Positions 59,461-64,000 of a stretch of DNA of 64,000 nt are shown here, in pieces. The notes beneath the pieces are model-generated. The model ran no database searches, was not told the origin of the DNA, and saw only the letters and a list, made by a program, of their open reading frames with translations. Source of the DNA: Candidatus Aminicenantes bacterium (lineage in GTDB: Bacteria; Acidobacteriota; Aminicenantia; Aminicenantales; UBA8522). The position numbers and the translations under genes are program-made. Numbering within the stretch: the stretch's first letter is position 1; every line of letters starts with the position of its first letter. The DNA lies in the NCBI GenBank assembly GCA_017886205.1, contig JAFNEO010000040.1:57346-121345 (forward strand), written 5' to 3'.

Positions 59461-59581
59461 ACCCTCACCCCTCCCTCTCCCATCAAGGGCGAGGGCTGAT
59501 TATGGGGACACTAACTTTAATTCGTGGGCAATTAGGGTTAGTGTCCCTATAATTGACTCTCCCCCACAAGTGGGGGGAGGA
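59461..59581. repeat. Cluster of REP-like palindromes
   Basis: CCCTC..GAGGG hairpin, ATTATGGGGACACTAAC/GTTAGTGTCCCTATAAT inverted repeat, CTCCCCC/GGGGGAG hairpin. Confidence 0.6.
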
Positions 59582-59678
59582 AGTTGGCTTACGTTGTTTC
59601 TGATCCGTTAATCTGGTATATTTTGACTTCGCTTTGCGCCATGACCGATTCTTTCATAACATCCAGGAGGAATTCCCC

Positions 59679-62600
59679 ATGAAACCCATCTGCAAACTCG
59701 TGTCAGCCATTCTCTTTGTGTTCTTCCTTTTCTCCTTGCATGTCTATGCCACGCAGGAAGCCCGCGTGCTCCGGTTCCCAACCATATCCAACGATCAGAT
59801 CGTCTTCAGCTACGCCGGAGACATCTATTCCGTGGCCCTCTCCGGCGGGGTGGCCCGGAAGCTCACCACCCACGAGGGATACGAGTCGTTCGCCCGTTTT
59901 TCCCCTGACGGCAAGAGCATTGCCTTCACCGGCGAATATGACGGAAACCGCGAAGTCTATCTTATACCAGCCGAGGGCGGAGTTCCCAAGCGTCTGACCT
60001 ACACCGCCTCCCTGGGCCGCGACGACATTTCCGACCGGATGGGCCCCAATAACCTCGTCATCGGCTGGACGAACGAAGGAAAGAACATCGTCTTCCGCTC
60101 GCGGATGCACGAATGGAACGACTTTGTCGGCCAGCTCTACTTGGTTCCCGCGGCCGGCGGAACGCCCACCCAGCTTCCGCTCCCGCGTGGCGGCTTCTGC
60201 TCCTTCTCCCCCGACAACAAGAAGCTGGCCTACAACCGAATCTTCCGCGAATTTCGCACCTGGAAGCGCTACCGCGGCGGGATGGCCGACGACGTCTGGA
60301 TCTACGACTTCGAAACCAAGAAGACCGAGAACATCAGCAACAATCCCGGCCTAGACATTATCCCGATGTGGAGCGGGAGCAAGGTCTATTTCCTGTCCGA
60401 CCGCGACGAGAACAAACGGATGAACCTGTATTCCTACGACCTTGAGACCAAGGATACCAAGAAGCTGACCAGCTTTGCGGATTATGACATCAAGTTCCCA
60501 TCCTTAGGGCCGAATGCCATCGTCTTCGAGAACGGCGGGTTTATCTACCGCTTCGACATCGCCACCAGTCAGGCGGCCAAAGTCCCGATAATGATCGCTG
60601 ACGACCTCCTGTCCGGCCGGACTAAGATAGCCAAAGTCGGGGACAAGGTGACGAACTTCGAGATCGCCCCGGACGGAAAGCGGGCCCTTTTCGGGGCCCG
60701 GGGTGACATCTTCACGGTCCCCGCCAAGAACGGCAATACCCGGAACCTCACCCGGACGCCCGGTGTCCACGAGCGTAATTCAAAGTGGTCGCCCGACGGC
60801 CGCTCGATCGCCTATGTCTCCGACAAGAGCGGGGAGGACGAAATCTACATCGTGCCCCAGGACGGACAGGGCGAACCCCAGCAGCTCACCCGGAACGCCG
60901 ACACCTACAAGTACCAGCTCTTCTGGTCCCCCGACGGCAAAAAGATCATGTGGGACGACAAGCTGCTCCGGCTGAACTATATCGATATCTCCACTAAAGA
61001 GGTCGTCACAGTCGCCAAGGCAGAGATCGGTGAGATCATGACTTTTGTCTGGTCGCCCGACAGCCGCTGGATCGCCTACGCCAAGCCCGAAGTCGTGCGC
61101 ATGCCGAAAGTGTATCTCTATTCTCTGGAGACCAAGAAGACATTCGAGGTGACCGACGGCTGGTACGCCTCTTACAACCCCTCTTTCAGCGCGGACGGCA
61201 AGTACCTCTTCTTTGTCTCGGAGCGGGATTTCGACCCCATCTTCGGCCAGACCGAATACAACCATGTCTACGGCGCCATGTCCCGGATCTACTTCGTTAC
61301 CCTGGCCGCCGACACCAAATCGCCCTTCGAGCCCAAGAGCGACGAGGTGGAGGTGAAGAAGGAGCCCGAGAAACCGGCTGCGAAGACTGAGGAAAAGGCA
61401 ACAAAGGAAAAGCCGAAACCGGAAGCTGCCAAGCCTGATGAAGCCAAGAAGGAAGTGATCCTCAAAGTCGATCCGGACGGCCTTACCTCGCGCCTCATCG
61501 GCCTCCCGATCGATGTCGCCAACTACGGTCAGATCGTCTCCGTCGGCGACTCCATCTACTACCAAAAGAGGATGGACCGGGACCGGCAATCGTCTTTGAA
61601 GATGTACGACCTGGCGGAGAAGAAAGAGACCGACCTGGGGACAATCGACGGCTACGAGGTATCCGCCGACCAGAAAAAGATGCTCGTCGCTAAGGACAAA
61701 ACCTTCGCCATCATCGACCTGCCCAAGTTGCCGATCAAGATCGAAGAAAAGCTGGACCTCTCCCAGATGGAGGTGACCCTGGACCTCCGGGCCGAGTGGG
61801 ACCAGATCTTTGAGGAATGCTGGCGCCAGATGAAGTATTTCTTCTATGCACCGAACATGCACGGTGTGGATTGGGAAGCGATGAGGCTTCGCTACCGGCC
61901 GCTCGCCCAGTCTGTCAACCACCGCGCCGACCTGACCTACGTCATCGGCGAGCTGATCGGCGAGCTCAGCTCCGGCCACACCTACGTCGGAGGCGGGGAG
62001 ATGCCGGCACCGCCGAAAGTCAAGGTCGGTACTCTGGGCGCGCAGTTCGAGCGGGACGCCCAGACCGGCTTCTACAAGATCGCCAAGATCCTGGGCGGCC
62101 AGAACTGGGGCCGGACGCTCCGGTCGCCCCTGACCGAGATTGGAGTCAACGTCAGGGAAGGGGAGTATCTCATCGCCATCAACGGCATGCCTACGAACAA
62201 GCTCAACGATATCTATGAAGCCCTTCTCAACACGGTGGGCAAGCAAGTGACACTCAAGGTCAATGGCCGGCCTGAGGAGAAGGGAAGCCGGGATGTTGTC
62301 GTTGTCCCGATCGAAAACGAGCAGCAGCTCTACTATTACACTATGGTCCAGGAAAACATCGAGAAGGTGGACAAGGCGACCGGAGGCCGGGTCGGCTATA
62401 TCCACATCCCCGACATGGGTGTGGCCGGCCTCAATGAGTTCGTCAAGCACTACTACCCCCAGCTCCGGAAAAAGGCCCTCATCATCGATGTCCGCGGAAA
62501 CGGCGGCGGCAGCGTCTCGCCGATGATCGTCGAGCGGCTGCGGCGGGAGATCGTCATGTTCGAAATGTCCCGCGACACCATCGCCAGGCCCGACCCGGAC

Positions 62601-62993
62601 GGGCTTCTCCTCGGCCCAAAGGTCTGCCTGATGAACGAGTTTTCCGCCTCTGATGGTGATATCTTCCCGTATCGCTTCAAGAGATATGGCCTGGGCAAGC
62701 TCATCGGTAAAAGAACATGGGGAGGAGTCGTGGGCATCCGCGGGTCACTGCCCCTGCTCGACGGCGGTCAGTTGATGAAACCGGAGTTCGCGCCGTTCGG
62801 CCTGGACGGGAAAACCTGGATCATCGAAGGAGTCGGTGTTGAGCCGGATATCTATGTGGATAACGACCCGGCCAAGGAGTTTGCCGGCATCGACGAGCAG
62901 CTCAACAAAGCCATTGAGGTTATCCTTGAAGAACTCAAGACAAAGGAGGTCCAGATCCCGCCGGTTCCTCCGTTCCCGATCCGGGTGAAATAG
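59679..62993 (+). CDS. Tricorn protease, S41 family
   Basis: PD40 propeller repeats, PDZ domain, DVRGNGGG, SASDGD, TWGG. Confidence 0.93.
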   Translation: MKPICKLVSAILFVFFLFSLHVYATQEARVLRFPTISNDQIVFSYAGDIYSVALSGGVARKLTTHEGYESFARFSPDGKSIAFTGEYDGNREVYLIPAEGGVPKRLTYTASLGRDDISDRMGPNNLVIGWTNEGKNIVFRSRMHEWNDFVGQLYLVPAAGGTPTQLPLPRGGFCSFSPDNKKLAYNRIFREFRTWKRYRGGMADDVWIYDFETKKTENISNNPGLDIIPMWSGSKVYFLSDRDENKRMNLYSYDLETKDTKKLTSFADYDIKFPSLGPNAIVFENGGFIYRFDIATSQAAKVPIMIADDLLSGRTKIAKVGDKVTNFEIAPDGKRALFGARGDIFTVPAKNGNTRNLTRTPGVHERNSKWSPDGRSIAYVSDKSGEDEIYIVPQDGQGEPQQLTRNADTYKYQLFWSPDGKKIMWDDKLLRLNYIDISTKEVVTVAKAEIGEIMTFVWSPDSRWIAYAKPEVVRMPKVYLYSLETKKTFEVTDGWYASYNPSFSADGKYLFFVSERDFDPIFGQTEYNHVYGAMSRIYFVTLAADTKSPFEPKSDEVEVKKEPEKPAAKTEEKATKEKPKPEAAKPDEAKKEVILKVDPDGLTSRLIGLPIDVANYGQIVSVGDSIYYQKRMDRDRQSSLKMYDLAEKKETDLGTIDGYEVSADQKKMLVAKDKTFAIIDLPKLPIKIEEKLDLSQMEVTLDLRAEWDQIFEECWRQMKYFFYAPNMHGVDWEAMRLRYRPLAQSVNHRADLTYVIGELIGELSSGHTYVGGGEMPAPPKVKVGTLGAQFERDAQTGFYKIAKILGGQNWGRTLRSPLTEIGVNVREGEYLIAINGMPTNKLNDIYEALLNTVGKQVTLKVNGRPEEKGSRDVVVVPIENEQQLYYYTMVQENIEKVDKATGGRVGYIHIPDMGVAGLNEFVKHYYPQLRKKALIIDVRGNGGGSVSPMIVERLRREIVMFEMSRDTIARPDPDGLLLGPKVCLMNEFSASDGDIFPYRFKRYGLGKLIGKRTWGGVVGIRGSLPLLDGGQLMKPEFAPFGLDGKTWIIEGVGVEPDIYVDNDPAKEFAGIDEQLNKAIEVILEELKTKEVQIPPVPPFPIRVK

Positions 62994-63004
62994 GGGAAGG
63001 GCTC

Positions 63005-63442
63005 GTGGCCGAGAAAGTCAAGGTCAGCTGCCTCCACTGCGGGGCGACCAATAATTTCCCCCTGGATTCCGCGGGGAAGACCGTCGTCTGCGGCCGCTGC
63101 CGGAATCCCTTGCCTGTTCCAGGGATCGTCCTCGAACTGCCGGAACAGACAGCCGCGACACTCATCCAAAGGTCTGGGCTTCCCGTCTTGGTCGATTTTT
63201 ACTCGCCGACCTGCGGTCCTTGTATGATGATGCATCCCTTAGTCGAGCGCCTGGCCAAGAGGCGGGCAGGGGAGCTTATGGTCGTCAAGGTAAATACAGA
63301 CAATAGCCCGAGATTGGCCGCCAGCTTCGGCATTAAGGCCGTCCCGACGTTTATCGTCATCTCCAAAGGGGCAGAAAGGGGACGGACTAGCGGCGCCATG
63401 GGGGAAACCGATTTCTCACTCTGGGTGGCCAGTCGGACCTGA
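63005..63442 (+). CDS. trxC: Thioredoxin with N-terminal zinc ribbon (TrxC-like)
   Basis: CLHC..CGRC plus CGPC active site. Confidence 0.8.
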   Translation: MAEKVKVSCLHCGATNNFPLDSAGKTVVCGRCRNPLPVPGIVLELPEQTAATLIQRSGLPVLVDFYSPTCGPCMMMHPLVERLAKRRAGELMVVKVNTDNSPRLAASFGIKAVPTFIVISKGAERGRTSGAMGETDFSLWVASRT

Positions 63443-63488
63443 GCGACCGCAGATCGATATTAGGGCACAAACGGCGGGAGAGGGGGAA

Positions 63489-63575
63489 TGCCGAAGAGGG
63501 GACTCGAACCCCTACTCCCGTGTACCAGGAACTAGCCCCTCAAGCTAGCGTGTCTGCCAATTCCACCACTTCGGC
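63489..63575 (-). tRNA. tRNA-Leu(GAG)
   Basis: GCCGAAG/CTTCGGC acceptor stem, CTAGC-TTGAGGG-GCTAG anticodon arm, long variable arm; downstream of secG. Confidence 0.93.
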
Positions 63576-63602
63576 ACTGAGTCGGGAGGTTTTCCCGGTA
63601 TT

Positions 63603-63974
63603 TTATTTTTTAATATCCGGGGAGGTCTCTTTTTTTTGAGGTTCTTCCTTCTTTGTCTCGGGCCCCTGCTTCTTGGGCTGTGGCGTCTGGGTGGCCGGAG
63701 TAGCCGCCGGGGCTTCTTTTTCGCCGCTGACCACAGACCGGTCGCCCTTGGCCGAGAGGATCCATAGTCCCATCGACGTCAGCATGAAGAGGATCGCGCC
63801 GATGGTCGTGACCTTACCCAGTAGGGTCGCCGCTCCCCGAGGCCCGAAGGCCGTTTGGCTTCCGACGCCGCCAAAGGCACCGGCCAGGTCGGCCGCCTTA
63901 CCCGATTGGAGCAAGACGGCCATGATGAGGACGAAACAGACCAATACATGGATGGCAACAAGTAAAGTGCTCAC
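63603..63974 (-). CDS. secG: Preprotein translocase subunit SecG
   Basis: VLLQSGKAADLAGAFGG..FGPRGA, two TM helices. Confidence 0.95.
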   Translation of the reverse strand: MSTLLVAIHVLVCFVLIMAVLLQSGKAADLAGAFGGVGSQTAFGPRGAATLLGKVTTIGAILFMLTSMGLWILSAKGDRSVVSGEKEAPAATPATQTPQPKKQGPETKKEEPQKKETSPDIKK

Positions 63975-64000
63975 TTCTTTTCCTTATAAGCCCTTATGGC

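Noticed and set aside
63971-64000. 3' end of tpiA upstream of secG
   Set aside because: Only nine codons are visible; the call would rest on synteny alone.

Overview
GC-rich bacterial chromosome segment. Its many zinc-ribbon/Ser-Thr kinase/TolB-like/TPR genes, Oar-type TonB receptor and tricorn protease resemble Candidatus Aminicenantes/Acidobacteriota (inference). 1-22.5 kb holds ordinary genes and a tandem array of four mosaic kinase-TPR genes. 22.6-56.3 kb is an accessory zone organised around one tRNA-Arg(TCG) at 39460-39532. Two 5'-half copies lie upstream and two 3'-part copies downstream, each with its own arm-type repeats. They delimit integrase-less cargo islands and one apparently intact 15.4-kb element (39488-54906). 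That element encodes an integrase, an AAA helicase with an iteron-like origin, a large terminase, putative small terminase and tail assembly chaperone, and a tape measure protein. It has no recognisable capsid, portal or tail tube gene, so it is a candidate new phage satellite. An IS1111-type element carries a readable bridge/seek RNA matching its own target. The window ends in core genes (AlkD-like, tricorn, thioredoxin, tRNA-Leu, secG). All calls come from reading the sequence by eye; no database search was run.
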